NCBI GenBank assembly: GCA_964427455.1
Contig: CAYRUY010000001.1
Span: 87,726-151,725 of the forward strand
Length of the DNA stretch: 64,000 nt
Direction: 5' to 3'
DNA from: an uncultured Candidatus Bathyarchaeia archaeon
Lineage (GTDB): Archaea > Thermoproteota > CALKCG01 > B24 > JAWCPE01
Of this stretch, positions 1 through 10,399 are shown piece by piece. The notes beneath the pieces were generated by a model, which saw nothing but the letters and a program-made list of their open reading frames with translations, had not been told where the DNA came from and ran no database searches. A program made the position numbers and the translations under genes. Positions within the stretch are counted from its first letter, which is position 1. Every line of letters starts with the position of its first letter.

Positions 1-74
1 TCTCCGTCGACGGGCTTCGTCGAGACCTTCTTGATACGTTCGTTGCACGAGGGGACCTTCCGAACATCGCGAAG

Positions 75-1973
75 ATGACGGAGCAGGGCAGCACAGGCGT
101 TCTGGTTGGCGTCTACCCTACGAATGCTTATGCCTCCCAAGCCTCTATGGCGACAGGCGTCTATCCGAAAACACATGGCATACTCGGCAGTGAGTACCAC
201 GCGACGGGCACGCCGTTGGGCTCTCGTACACCGAGTGTCAACTCGACGAGCATCCTGGCGCCCGCTGAACCCTTCTGGGCAATAGCTGAGAAGGCTGGCT
301 TGAACGCGACCATAGCCAACTTCCCATTTTCCTGGCCCCCGCAGGGAAATGAAACAGTGGTCAACGTCGCCGACACTTCTTTGGCGCCTTCTGCCCTCTA
401 CACCACGCGTCAGTTGCTCGCAGGCGAGACAGGGATCAGCCTGACGGACGCGGATCGGACGCTTTGGGGCTACGAGCTGAGGGACCCCCGGGAGCTAGTG
501 CCAAGGGAGGCGCAGGTAACCGTCGAGGGAAGCAACGAGACATTCTTCGTCCTGGTCGTCGACTCGAAGCTCCAGGGCGCATATGACGCAGTGTACGTCT
601 CAAGGTCGAGGAACATCAGCGATGCCCTGGCCTTGCTGACGAAGAACGCAGCTTGGACCCCGCCTGTCCAAGTCACCGTCCGGGGCCATGAAGGAGTCTT
701 CAGGCTAAGGTTGCTAGAAGTCTCAGCAGACGGACAGAACCTGACAGCTTACACGACTGAGATAGCGGCCGCGAAGGGTTTCACTCAGCCGAACGAGATC
801 TCGTCCGCCTTGGTGAACCAAACTGTCTTCCCGCTCGCATCACCTGACTGGAAGGCTCTCTCCCAAGGCTGGTTTGGAGAAGATGTCTACATGGAGACGT
901 TGGAGATGGCAGGCGACTGGTATGCCAACTCGACGGTTTTCTGCTCGACAAAGACTCAATGGCAGGTCTTCGCTGCGTATTTCCCACTGGTCGGGGAAGT
1001 CCAGAAGGCTTTCCTAGGCTACGTCACTGAAGGCCATCCTCGCTACGAAGCGGGCAGGAAAGAGGCATACCTCGACCGTGTAGAGAGAGCCTATATTCGA
1101 CTCGATGCGGTTGTCGGCTCGCTTCTCCCACAGATCGATGAGAACACGATTCTGATACTGGCTTCTCCAAGCGGTTCAACGCCTGTAGACAGAGTCTTCT
1201 ACGTTAACCGATGGCTGCGAGACCACGGATGGCTCTCCCTGACAGCTGACGGACAGGTCGATTGGAACTCAACGAAGATGTACTACTCGGGCGACGGCCA
1301 GATGTTCGTCAACCTCAAGGGCCGGGAGGCCAACGGGATCGTAGAGAGATCAGACTACACATCACTGGTCGCAGCTGTGTCAGGCGCCCTGGTTACCGCT
1401 AGCGACCAGGGCAGGGTTCCTCTTGCCCTCGTAGCGTCCCCAGCCTCAATGAGGATCCTAGGCCTTGGAACCGAGAGGGCAGGCGACATCGCCTTGATCC
1501 CCACGTCAGGCTACACGTTCAGCGAGGCACTGGGAGGAAACGAGACTAGCCCCTTCGAGAGTACCCCAGCGTACTTGACCGGCGAGCTGAGCCTATACCC
1601 GGTCCACGACGGAGCCGAAGGCTTCCTCGCTATAGCGGGGGCATACGTGGCAAAGGGCCGTTTGAGCCAAGCTAGCGTGGTCGATGTGGCCCCGACGTTG
1701 GTCGCAGTCCTGAACATGGGACCAACGAACAGATACGACGGCACGCCTCTCTCCTCAGTGTTCACCGTCAAGGTCGGGGAGGCCACGGTCCTAGAGCAGG
1801 GCAGGATAGTCGCAGCGAATATCCAGCGAGTTGAGGAGCAACTTGCAGACCTCCAACGCACCGTCTCAGCGGTCAAGGCAGACGCGATCGTCTATCCGTT
1901 CGTTGTCGGGCTCCTAGGCGTAGTCATCGGGCTTGCAGTTGGGTCGGCGATCGGCAAGAGACGCCCCCAGTAG
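75..1973 (+). CDS. alkaline-phosphatase-superfamily type I phosphodiesterase / nucleotide pyrophosphatase-like protein, C-terminal coiled coil plus TM anchor
   Basis: N-terminal GVYPTNAYASQASMATGVYPKTHGI resembles the metal-ligand motif of the PF01663 phosphodiesterase/AlkP core. The C-terminus has a coiled coil then a hydrophobic anchor (IVYPFVVGLLGVVIGLAVG-KRR). The ORF may start upstream of the window edge. Confidence 0.55.
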   Translation: MTEQGSTGVLVGVYPTNAYASQASMATGVYPKTHGILGSEYHATGTPLGSRTPSVNSTSILAPAEPFWAIAEKAGLNATIANFPFSWPPQGNETVVNVADTSLAPSALYTTRQLLAGETGISLTDADRTLWGYELRDPRELVPREAQVTVEGSNETFFVLVVDSKLQGAYDAVYVSRSRNISDALALLTKNAAWTPPVQVTVRGHEGVFRLRLLEVSADGQNLTAYTTEIAAAKGFTQPNEISSALVNQTVFPLASPDWKALSQGWFGEDVYMETLEMAGDWYANSTVFCSTKTQWQVFAAYFPLVGEVQKAFLGYVTEGHPRYEAGRKEAYLDRVERAYIRLDAVVGSLLPQIDENTILILASPSGSTPVDRVFYVNRWLRDHGWLSLTADGQVDWNSTKMYYSGDGQMFVNLKGREANGIVERSDYTSLVAAVSGALVTASDQGRVPLALVASPASMRILGLGTERAGDIALIPTSGYTFSEALGGNETSPFESTPAYLTGELSLYPVHDGAEGFLAIAGAYVAKGRLSQASVVDVAPTLVAVLNMGPTNRYDGTPLSSVFTVKVGEATVLEQGRIVAANIQRVEEQLADLQRTVSAVKADAIVYPFVVGLLGVVIGLAVGSAIGKRRPQ

Positions 1974-2149
1974 AGCACTGAAGCCCGTATCCATCAAACC
2001 CATGTCCGAAGGTCAGTGACGTTCGGTTTCGTTCCTCGTAGCGGGCTGGTTGCCGAGCCGAATGCCCCAAGTAGACTCCTTCCGCCGTCTGAGTTAAGCT
2101 ATATATCCGACGTTCGGAAATCTCATGGAACCGCTATTTCGTCCCCTGG

Positions 2150-2776
2150 GTGGCGCTCGTGGTCAGGCTCTTTCGTCGAAAGAAGGAGGAGGGAGCAGCG
2201 CCCACGGGGGATCAACTGAAGGCTGACGAGGCCCAGGCGTCGAAGCTACAGGTAACCGTGACGCAGGCCGCAGCTGACCGCGCTCGGAGAGAGCTAAGAC
2301 TCCTAGAAGTGGAGAGGGATGTCGCTCAATACGCGTTGACCAAGATCTTCGAAGCTGAAGCAGGCGGCCAGATAACTGGAGAGGAACGCGACAGCCTAGC
2401 GGAGAGATACAAGAGCCAGATGAAGACGCTGGAGGAGCGAATCGGCAGAGAACAGATGCTCGTAGAACTGCGAGAGCTAGAGGTCGGCCAGGCCGAGCTT
2501 GTTAGGCTATTCAACGAGAAGTTCGGCGAGCTTGACAAGAGAATCCAGGGGATGAGGGTTAAGCTCGGACAGACCATCGCGGCCCAGGAGGCCAAGCCTC
2601 AAGCCGCTTTGACTCCGGAACCCGAGCCGCAACCGCCGCCAGCAAGGAAACCCAGGGCGCCGAGGCCTGCCAGAGAGGAGCCTCCGAAGACCAAGGCCGA
2701 GTTCGAGATCGAGAGACTCCAAGAAGAGGTGAGAAAAGCCTTGGAGAAGCTCGAACAGATCGAGTTAGAAGGCTGA
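2150..2776 (+). CDS. coiled-coil protein with Pro/Arg-rich linker, hypothetical
   Basis: Heptad-rich, Glu/Lys/Arg/Leu composition. It ends 4 nt before rpiA, so it is probably co-transcribed. Confidence 0.35.
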   Translation: MALVVRLFRRKKEEGAAPTGDQLKADEAQASKLQVTVTQAAADRARRELRLLEVERDVAQYALTKIFEAEAGGQITGEERDSLAERYKSQMKTLEERIGREQMLVELRELEVGQAELVRLFNEKFGELDKRIQGMRVKLGQTIAAQEAKPQAALTPEPEPQPPPARKPRAPRPAREEPPKTKAEFEIERLQEEVRKALEKLEQIELEG

Positions 2777-2780
2777 AGCC

Positions 2781-3482
2781 TTGAAGACACCGAGCTGGAC
2801 AGAAGAGGCAAAGAGGAACGCGGCTGTCGAGGCTGCAAAGCTCGTAAGTGATAATTCGGTCATAGGCCTCGGAAGTGGTTCCACCGCCGCGTTGGTGATT
2901 GAACAGATCGGGCGAAGGGCCTCGTCGGAAGGGCTAAGGGTCCTAGCGGTGCCTACCTCCTATCAGGCAGCTCTTGCAGCGGTGAAGGCAGGCATCCCGC
3001 TCACATCTTTGGACGAGCACCCCGACCTCGACTTCGCCATAGACGGCGCGGACCAGGTTGACAAGGCTTGGAACGCAATAAAGGGAGGCGGCGGCTGCCT
3101 TGCTCGAGAGAAGATCGTCGCATCCTCTGCCCGCGAGTTCATTGCCGTCATCGATGAGGGAAAGATGGTTGACATTCTCGGAGTCAACAAACCCGTCCCC
3201 GTCGAGGTTCTGCCCTTCGCCGCGACGCCTGTCTTGAAAAGACTGAGGCAGGCGGGGGCCTCGCCGGTTCTCAGAGCCTCGAGTGGGAAAGCCGGCCCAA
3301 CCGTGACGGACAATGGCAACTTCGTCATAGACGCAGACTTCGGCCCGATACGTGACGTTCAGGCTCTCGAGGTGAAGCTGAAGATGATCCCCGGCGTCGT
3401 CGAAGTCGGCCTATTCCCCGGCATGATCACTAGGTTGATCATCGGAACGCGGGAGGGCGTGCGGAGCACCGGCAAGACGTGA
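2781..3482 (+). CDS. rpiA: ribose-5-phosphate isomerase A
   Basis: Motifs GLGSGST, DGADQVD and KGGGGCLAREKIVA match the RpiA family over its full length (233 aa). Confidence 0.85.
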   Translation: MKTPSWTEEAKRNAAVEAAKLVSDNSVIGLGSGSTAALVIEQIGRRASSEGLRVLAVPTSYQAALAAVKAGIPLTSLDEHPDLDFAIDGADQVDKAWNAIKGGGGCLAREKIVASSAREFIAVIDEGKMVDILGVNKPVPVEVLPFAATPVLKRLRQAGASPVLRASSGKAGPTVTDNGNFVIDADFGPIRDVQALEVKLKMIPGVVEVGLFPGMITRLIIGTREGVRSTGKT

Positions 3483-3593
3483 CCCTCGCGAGGATTGCAC
3501 GCGTCAATGCGATGAGACTCATGCACGCCTTAGCGTCTGTGTTGCAGGCATCGCGGTATGGTTTGTTCTCCCACAAGCGACCCCGAAGCCGGG

Positions 3594-3962
3594 TCATAAA
3601 AGATATCTTCGGACCATGTCAACAGCCTTGCCAAGGCTGCCAGCGCGGTAGGCGATCAAGCGCGCCCTCAATGCAGCTCTCTTCCTTAGCCCCACGGTTC
3701 TCGGCCTCACGCTCGCAAGGTCCAGCAACAGGTAGCATTTGAGGATGTCAAGCGACCTCCGGCTCGCGGGGTCTAAGTCGTGCACGTATCGGTCATACGC
3801 GGCGAAAAGCGCCTCGGCAGCCTCCTCCTCTTCTATCTCCTCGTCAGGCCCGATCGAGCTGAGCGACTGGTAGACTAGGAGGCCCGTGTAGTCATAGCTG
3901 AGCCTTCGACGCGCCAGTCTCGCCAAGTCGCGCGCGATCTCTTGAAGCTCAGCTTTCTTCAA
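3594..3962 (-). CDS. hypothetical protein
   Basis: 122-aa ORF with an acidic EEIEEEEAAE stretch. No recognisable family. Confidence 0.3.
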   Translation of the reverse strand: MKKAELQEIARDLARLARRRLSYDYTGLLVYQSLSSIGPDEEIEEEEAAEALFAAYDRYVHDLDPASRRSLDILKCYLLLDLASVRPRTVGLRKRAALRARLIAYRAGSLGKAVDMVRRYLL

Positions 3963-4026
3963 GTCGCCGGGCCGCCCTCACAACCTTGCAGGGTGCGAAT
4001 ATAAGCTTGCAAGCATAGACGCAGGC

Positions 4027-5085
4027 CTAGCGGCGCCGAGCGAACGCGTTGAACCTTGCCAAGGCCTTGGCCTCGGTCATCGGCTTGGGGGGACTCTTGA
4101 ACCCATAAGCTGAGACCTCGATCAGAGGCCCGCCGAGGCCACGATCTAGGCCCAGCTTCACCGCTCTGATCGCGTCCAGCAGAAGGTTGACGGCGTTCGG
4201 GGCGTCTGCGCAGGTCATCTTCACGTCGATCACGACCGGGGTCCCGGCTAGGAAGCGGCCTTCGATCCAGAGGTAGCTCGTCCTCTCATTCCGCAGGAAC
4301 TCCACGTAGTCGGTCGTTCCCGCTGTCACCGGTACACTGTACGGGAGGCTTGACGTGATCGAGGCGGCCTTTATTCGACGCTTGAGAACGTTTCTGTCAC
4401 GGTCGAGAGCGTTCAGGTTCTCTGCGCCACCTCCGACATCCAACGCATAGCTCTTGTCCACGTGTACGCCTCGCCGGTCGAGCGTCTCGAAGATAGCTCG
4501 ATGAAGTATGGTGGAGCCGATCTGATCCATCAGGTCGTCCCCTGCGATCGGCAACTTGGCCTCCCTGAAGCGTTTGCCCCAAGCCCTTCTGCTAGCCACC
4601 CTGTTCGGCGTCGCGTTCACGAAGCCGCATGCAGCTTGAAGCGCGTCGCTCGCATAGAACTCTGTGGCCTTGACGGCGCCGCTCGGCGTTAGGTTGACCA
4701 CAACCTGAGCACGGCTTCGTCTCAGCTCCTCCGCCACATCGACCGCTGGCAAGGCATCGATCTCGAGGGCATCCTTGGAGAAGGCCCCGACCCCATCTAG
4801 AACAGGGCCTTTGACTACCTTGACGCCTAGGGCCTGGACCTGACATATCCGCGGCGCGTCGTTAGGTGGCGAAAGGATCGCGTCGCTCAGGTCTTTCCCA
4901 ATCTTCCTTGAGGCGATGTCGAACGCCGCCACGAACCGAATGTCAGACGGCTTGTAGCCGCCGACTTCTGGGTGGATGAGACCCGGCGATTGGCCTCCGC
5001 CTGATCTGCCGTAGAGGGCGACTGCCTGAACCAGCGCTGAGCAGCAGTTACCTACGCCAAAGAGACCGACTCTGATCTCTGCCAT
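4027..5085 (-). CDS. myo-inositol-1-phosphate synthase (archaeal-type)
   Basis: N-terminal Rossmann segment RVGLFGVGNCCSALVQAV, a conserved NxTP-like block (FVNATPN) and a length of about 350 aa fit the archaeal IPS/MIPS family. Confidence 0.7.
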   Translation of the reverse strand: MAEIRVGLFGVGNCCSALVQAVALYGRSGGGQSPGLIHPEVGGYKPSDIRFVAAFDIASRKIGKDLSDAILSPPNDAPRICQVQALGVKVVKGPVLDGVGAFSKDALEIDALPAVDVAEELRRSRAQVVVNLTPSGAVKATEFYASDALQAACGFVNATPNRVASRRAWGKRFREAKLPIAGDDLMDQIGSTILHRAIFETLDRRGVHVDKSYALDVGGGAENLNALDRDRNVLKRRIKAASITSSLPYSVPVTAGTTDYVEFLRNERTSYLWIEGRFLAGTPVVIDVKMTCADAPNAVNLLLDAIRAVKLGLDRGLGGPLIEVSAYGFKSPPKPMTEAKALARFNAFARRR

Positions 5086-5233
5086 CGCAGCACCGCTCGG
5101 TAGGCCTCCTACACCAGAGATAAGGTTTGCTCGCCCAAGGCTGGTCCGCGGGCGGGCAAGGGTTTTAGTTGGTCTTCGAGAAGACTTTGCGCCCGCTGTT
5201 CCGCTCGCGCCGCCAGCCTCTGGGGTTGACAGC

Positions 5234-5947
5234 TTGGCTGAGAAGCCGACGAGGTCTAGCGACCACGTAAGTGTCGAGTACGCTCAAGCGCATTGGTCGC
5301 TTCTAGCCGACCTGAGGGGCGTAGCTCTGGGCATGATGAAAGCGTTAAGCCTAGCGTCCATGCCTTCCATCGTTCACGGAAGCGTCGCAAGGGGGGACGT
5401 AGACGCTGGCAGCGATGTGGATGTCGTCATTCCTTTCGTCGTCTCCAGCCACAGAGTTGAGCTTGCCTTAGCCAATGCAGGTTTCAGGCCCTATTCGAAA
5501 CGAATCGTTCAAGCCACGCCCGGTCTCTCGCCTAAAGCTCAGCTATCCCTAGACTTCGAGGAGAAGCGTACGGTTACCTTCCCCCTCTTGGCGTTCAAGC
5601 CCCGGGAGCTTGAGTTCTACAGATTCGGCGGCATGCTCAGCCTCGAGGATACCGCGAACAACCTGAGGGTACCAGGCTGCACGAAGAGACTGACGATGAT
5701 CGAGCCGACGTCTAAGGGCCACGTTGAGTCGCCTGTTGAGGGAAGAGAGGCAGAGGTCGCCGCGGCTGTCGGCGTGTCGTTAGAGACCGTGCAGGAGAGG
5801 GTGAGGGTTCTGAAGCGGCGAGACGAAATAGGCCGCACGGGGGCATACCTCGACGTGACTCTTGACGAGGAGGAGACCTTTGAGGGGGCTCTGAAGCGGC
5901 TGGCTGATGCAAACCCTGTTCTCAGACGCCGCTATGTCCTAGGATAG
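5234..5947 (+). CDS. nucleotidyltransferase-domain protein
   Basis: GSVARGDVDAGSDVDVV is the minimal NTase-fold GS...D.D signature. Confidence 0.5.
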   Translation: MAEKPTRSSDHVSVEYAQAHWSLLADLRGVALGMMKALSLASMPSIVHGSVARGDVDAGSDVDVVIPFVVSSHRVELALANAGFRPYSKRIVQATPGLSPKAQLSLDFEEKRTVTFPLLAFKPRELEFYRFGGMLSLEDTANNLRVPGCTKRLTMIEPTSKGHVESPVEGREAEVAAAVGVSLETVQERVRVLKRRDEIGRTGAYLDVTLDEEETFEGALKRLADANPVLRRRYVLG

Positions 5948-6096
5948 CTGCCACCTTCCCTGAAGCCTACCCCGGCCTAGTCGCCTCCGCAACCTTCATA
6001 AGAGGTCATAGGGTTCCCTTACTGATCTCCCCGCCTGGACCGGGCAATCCTGATTCGGAGGCTGCGTGCACGGCGATCGCTCTGCCGAGACAGGTT

Positions 6097-7299
6097 GTGT
6101 TTCTCATCGCCGCGGCAGTCGTATGGGTGGCTCTCTACGCGGCTTCGAGGCGGCTGCCTTTCAAGAAGTACGGGTTGGAGATGAATCCGCTCGTTCTGAT
6201 GTTCAGGACACGGAGGTTCAATGAATGGCTAGACAGGGCTGCGAACAAGCATCCGAGGTTCTGGAGAGCCTACTCGAACGTGGCGATACCTGTGGCAGGT
6301 CTACACATGGCCTTGGCGCTCTACCTGCTGGTCTCAAACTTGGGGTACTTTCTTGAGGAGCCCCGCGGCGGAGGAGCCGTGGTGCCCTTCATACCAGGCA
6401 TCACGGTCGACCTCGAACTCGTCGTATACTGGCTGATCCCGCTTGGAATCCTGCTTGTCTGCCACGAGCTCGCCCACGGCATCATCGCCAGACGTGAAGG
6501 CATAGCCGTCAAGTCTGCGGGCGTCCTCTTTGCCTTCGTCCTGTGGGGAGCGTTTGTCGAGCCCGACGAGGAGGAGTTGAAGAAGGCACCTGCGAAGTCC
6601 AAGCTCAGGGTCCTCGCGGGAGGTGTCCAAGCCAACATAATCGTCGCTTTGCTGGCGCTCCTGTTGCTCGTCGCCGTTTTCCGAGGCGCCCAGGAGGTTA
6701 TCCCCTACACGGCAGGCATCTACTTCGGCCGAGGACTGAAGCCTATCCCACCTAGGGGAGGCGAGGGGATCGTTATCTACGGTGTCAACACAAGCGGCCC
6801 AGCCTTCGACGCTGGCCTTCGGCGCTGGGACATCGTGTATTCCGTCAATGGCACGCCGACGCATTCCGTCCTCGACCTAGACGTGTTCTTGAAAGACTTG
6901 AAGGCGGATGAAACGTTTCTGATGAAGACAAGCAGCGGCGACCTGTCGGTTCAGACAACGAGAGGACAGGAGAATGGCATCGGCGCCTCATTCTTCGTCC
7001 AACCCTATTTCCCGGTAAGGTTCTGGCCTTACGATGACGCCGAGCTCTCTTTCAGCCTCTTCGCGGTGATCGGCGGGACGCAGGCCTTGAACCTCGCTGT
7101 TGGAATCTTCAATATGCTGCCTCTGTATCCTCTTGACGGCGAGGCCTATCTGGCAACGCTGATCCGCGAACTACACAAGAGCCCTAACAAGGAGAAATAC
7201 GCGAGGATAGCTGTGAACCTGGCCGTAGCCTCGATCTTCTTCGCCAACATAGGCTTCTCGTTACTCAACTGGGGCTTCTTCCTGACTCTTCGAAGGTGA
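6097..7299 (+). CDS. site-2 protease (M50 family) with PDZ domain
   Basis: HELAHG zinc motif in a TM helix, NMLPLYPLDGEAYL (LDG motif), multi-TM, central PDZ-like segment. Confidence 0.8.
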   Translation: MFLIAAAVVWVALYAASRRLPFKKYGLEMNPLVLMFRTRRFNEWLDRAANKHPRFWRAYSNVAIPVAGLHMALALYLLVSNLGYFLEEPRGGGAVVPFIPGITVDLELVVYWLIPLGILLVCHELAHGIIARREGIAVKSAGVLFAFVLWGAFVEPDEEELKKAPAKSKLRVLAGGVQANIIVALLALLLLVAVFRGAQEVIPYTAGIYFGRGLKPIPPRGGEGIVIYGVNTSGPAFDAGLRRWDIVYSVNGTPTHSVLDLDVFLKDLKADETFLMKTSSGDLSVQTTRGQENGIGASFFVQPYFPVRFWPYDDAELSFSLFAVIGGTQALNLAVGIFNMLPLYPLDGEAYLATLIRELHKSPNKEKYARIAVNLAVASIFFANIGFSLLNWGFFLTLRR

Positions 7300-8309
7300 C
7301 TCGGTCAGACTGGAGAAGCGGTACCGTAAGGGCTGTGTACCACCGGGATGAAAAGGACTGTGTAGGAGTTCGGTCGCGCCTGAGATGCGGGAAATGCGGC
7401 TTGGAAGCGGTCTTTCGAAGGGTCTACTCAGGGGAGAGCCTGTGCAGAGGCCATTTCCTCAGCTCTGTAGAGAGGCGTGTCTACGCGACGATGAAGAGGT
7501 ACCGTATGTTGGCGCCGACCGATTCCGTGGCCTTAGCCGTCTCAGGCGGGAAGGACAGCACCTCTCTGTTACACATACTCGCTAAGATCGAGAAGAGGTT
7601 CCCAAAGGCGAGGCTCATAGCGATAACCGTCGATGAAGGGATAAAGGGTTACCGGGATGAAGCCGTCAGGATCGCAGGTGAGAACTGTGACAAGCTAGGC
7701 GTTGAGCATAGGCTCGTGTCTTTCGTTGACCTATACGGCTTTCCGCTAGACAGCATCGTCGAGAAGGCAGAAGCGGCCAGCTCGAAGCTAACCCCGTGCT
7801 CCTACTGTGGAGTGCTGAGGAGGAAGGCGTTGAACCGTGGGGCTGTTGCACTTGGGGCGACGAAGCTCGCTACGGCGCATAACTTAGACGACATCGTGCA
7901 GACGGTAATCTTGAACCTCTTTCACGGCGACCTCTGGCGGCTCTCGCGAATAGAGCCGTCCACTAGAAGCCCTGAGCAAGGCTTCGTTCCGAGGATGAAG
8001 CCGCTATACGACACTCCTGAGAATGAGATCGCGCTTTACGCGTACCTACGAGGGATCGAGTTCCAGGCAGCGCCTTGTCCCTACGCTGGTTCATCGCTGA
8101 GAACAGAGATGAGAGCGATGGTCAACCGGATGGAGGCCGAGCATCCCGGGATAAGGTTTACGATGTTGAGGGCCTTCGAGAAGGTTAGGCCCGCTCTCTC
8201 GGAGGCTCAGAGAAGCTCCCAGCTTAACCCGTGCAAGAGCTGTGACGAACCCGCTGTCGGCGAGTTCTGCAAATCCTGCCAGATGCTCAAGGATATAGGC
8301 CTCCGCTAA
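7296..8309 (+). CDS. tRNA 2-thiolation PP-loop ATPase (TtuA/NcsA/Ctu1 family)
   Basis: SGGKDS PP-loop. N-terminal CxxC...CxxH and C-terminal CxxC...CxxC zinc/Fe-S knuckles are typical of TtuA/Ncs6. Confidence 0.75.
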   Translation: MTRSDWRSGTVRAVYHRDEKDCVGVRSRLRCGKCGLEAVFRRVYSGESLCRGHFLSSVERRVYATMKRYRMLAPTDSVALAVSGGKDSTSLLHILAKIEKRFPKARLIAITVDEGIKGYRDEAVRIAGENCDKLGVEHRLVSFVDLYGFPLDSIVEKAEAASSKLTPCSYCGVLRRKALNRGAVALGATKLATAHNLDDIVQTVILNLFHGDLWRLSRIEPSTRSPEQGFVPRMKPLYDTPENEIALYAYLRGIEFQAAPCPYAGSSLRTEMRAMVNRMEAEHPGIRFTMLRAFEKVRPALSEAQRSSQLNPCKSCDEPAVGEFCKSCQMLKDIGLR

Positions 8310-8477
8310 AGGGGCATCACGACAACGCTGCTGACCCAACTGGAGGTTTTTCCGATCATGGATTTATCGGTCGTCTCGGTCGCCGTATTAGCATTCACGT
8401 CATCCTACAGCTAGGATGTATAGTCACGGTCAGCGAATAAGTCTTATAGGAAGACTCAGTGCTCTTGGCTGCTGGAT

Positions 8478-9206
8478 ATGGGACTGTCTCTAGCAGATAT
8501 CGACAAGGTGTCGGCTGTAACATTCGACTTTGGAGGCACCCTCGCACGCTATGGACGTGAAGCTATTCTCAAGAGGCTTCTTGAGGAGCAAGGGTTCAGT
8601 CCGTCGACTGAAGCCATAAGCGAGGCCTACGAGGTAGTCGACCTCTGGTGGGATGAGAACTATGCCGGTAGGGTGCCAGAGGAGCGCTGGAACCAACGAG
8701 TGATACACGAGCTTGACTTGGTGCTCCTTACAGAGTTAGGGATAAGGGAGCGTGCTGAAGGATTAGCTCGATGGATCAGTAACAAGTGGTCTGAAGCCGA
8801 GCCTGATCAGCCCTTTGAGGTATTCCCGGACACCCTTCCAGCCCTCAGTTTCCTAAAGTCGAGAGGATACTCAATGGCGGTCATCTCCAATACACCTTCA
8901 TTGGAGAGGCTCAAAAGAGTAGTAGATGGTCTATCGGTATCTCAGTTCTTTAGGTCTCTAATAGCCTCCGGCACGGTCGGCTTCTCCAAACCTGATGAAA
9001 GGATCTTTAGGCTTGCCGCGGACGCTTTAGCTAAGCCACCGCGCGAGATTCTGCATATAGGTGACAGCTACGAAGGAGACGTATTGGGAGCCACTAGGGC
9101 TGGATTCAAAGCCATCCTCCTAGATAGGGCTAACAAGTCTAGGAAGGTGAATGTGCAGTTTCCGGTGATAGACTCCCTCGCAAAACTGGAAGAGATGCTG
9201 AGATAA
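8478..9206 (+). CDS. HAD-superfamily hydrolase
   Basis: FDFGGTL (motif I), SNTPS (motif II), GDSYEGDVLGA (motif IV). Confidence 0.7.
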   Translation: MGLSLADIDKVSAVTFDFGGTLARYGREAILKRLLEEQGFSPSTEAISEAYEVVDLWWDENYAGRVPEERWNQRVIHELDLVLLTELGIRERAEGLARWISNKWSEAEPDQPFEVFPDTLPALSFLKSRGYSMAVISNTPSLERLKRVVDGLSVSQFFRSLIASGTVGFSKPDERIFRLAADALAKPPREILHIGDSYEGDVLGATRAGFKAILLDRANKSRKVNVQFPVIDSLAKLEEMLR

Positions 9207-9355
9207 ATCCGACGTGAGCGTCAAAGCGCCGCAAGCCCTCTTATACGACCGGCGCTCTGGGGGAAAATCTGATATAGTTTTGGCCCAGTGGAGCCCACGG
9301 TGGGCTTCTTCTGGATCACCGTGAGAGGTTCCTTAAGACCTTCCGTTTCGAGGAT

Positions 9356-10399
9356 GTGGACAGGGTCCCGGACTATGAGTTCGGCTATTGGACGGAGACG
9401 ATTGACAGGTGGCATACGGAAGACCTTCCCTTGGACCGGCGTGACATCCGAGACTTGGAGCTCTACTTCGATCTCGAGGGGTTTGACATCCTTGAGCAGC
9501 TGCCCGTCAGGATGGGGCTCTGGCCTACGCTGCCGGGCAGGATCATCGAGCAGACCGCTGATAGGCTGATTGTCGACGACGGAATGGGCGGAATCTACGA
9601 GCAGAGGAGCAGCCACTCAACGGTGCCGCACTACCTCAGGTATCCTCTGAGGAGCCCGGATGACTGGGAGAAGTTGAGGCCCTTCTTCGACCCTGAGACG
9701 CCGGGCAGGTTCCCGCTGAACTGGGACGAGGTCGTCGAGGCATGCAAGGAGCGCGACTACCCGTTAGGGATCAGCATCGGGAGCCTCTACGGCTGGCTTC
9801 GCAACTGGATGGGAACAGCCGCCATCTCCATTGCCCTCTACAGGAACCCGGAGTGGGTAGACGAGATGATGCAGACCTTGACCGACCTGTGGCTTAACGT
9901 CGCCGAGAAGGCGCTGCGCGACGTGAAGGTCGACTTCGCCACCTGGTGGGAGGACATGTGCTACAACCGGGGCCCGTTGATCTCCGTACGACACTTCGAG
10001 GAGTTCATGGTCCCGAAGTATAAGCAGGTCACGGACTTTCTGAAGGAGCACGGCGTCAGGGTAAACGTCCTCGACTGTGATGGGCGGATTAACGAGCTCG
10101 TCCCAGGATGGCTCAGGGGAGGGATCAACTGCATGTTCCCGCTTGAGGCCGCTCACACAGACGCCTACGCGCTGAGGGAACGCTTCGGAAAGGATGTCCT
10201 CCTCCTAGGGGCTGTCAACAAGCGCCAGTTGATGAAGGGCCCCGACGCGATCGACGCTGAGCTCAAGCGGCTGACACCGCTCCTCGAGGAAGGAGGCTAC
10301 ATACCGACCGTAGACCACAGGGTCCCACCAGAGGTTTCCCTAGAGATCTACCGGTATTATCTGAAGAGAAAGAGGGAGTGGATCGGCAGAGCATCCTAA
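9356..10399 (+). CDS. uroporphyrinogen-decarboxylase (URO-D) superfamily protein, MtaA/CmuA-like
   Basis: The in-frame sequence upstream of the called GTG (ERFLKTFRFEDVDRVPDYEF) matches the URO-D family N-terminus. The C-terminal GGYIPTVDHRVPPEVSLE also fits. There is no ATG/GTG/TTG in frame between the upstream stop (9275) and 9356, so the start is unresolved. Confidence 0.5.
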   Translation: MDRVPDYEFGYWTETIDRWHTEDLPLDRRDIRDLELYFDLEGFDILEQLPVRMGLWPTLPGRIIEQTADRLIVDDGMGGIYEQRSSHSTVPHYLRYPLRSPDDWEKLRPFFDPETPGRFPLNWDEVVEACKERDYPLGISIGSLYGWLRNWMGTAAISIALYRNPEWVDEMMQTLTDLWLNVAEKALRDVKVDFATWWEDMCYNRGPLISVRHFEEFMVPKYKQVTDFLKEHGVRVNVLDCDGRINELVPGWLRGGINCMFPLEAAHTDAYALRERFGKDVLLLGAVNKRQLMKGPDAIDAELKRLTPLLEEGGYIPTVDHRVPPEVSLEIYRYYLKRKREWIGRAS

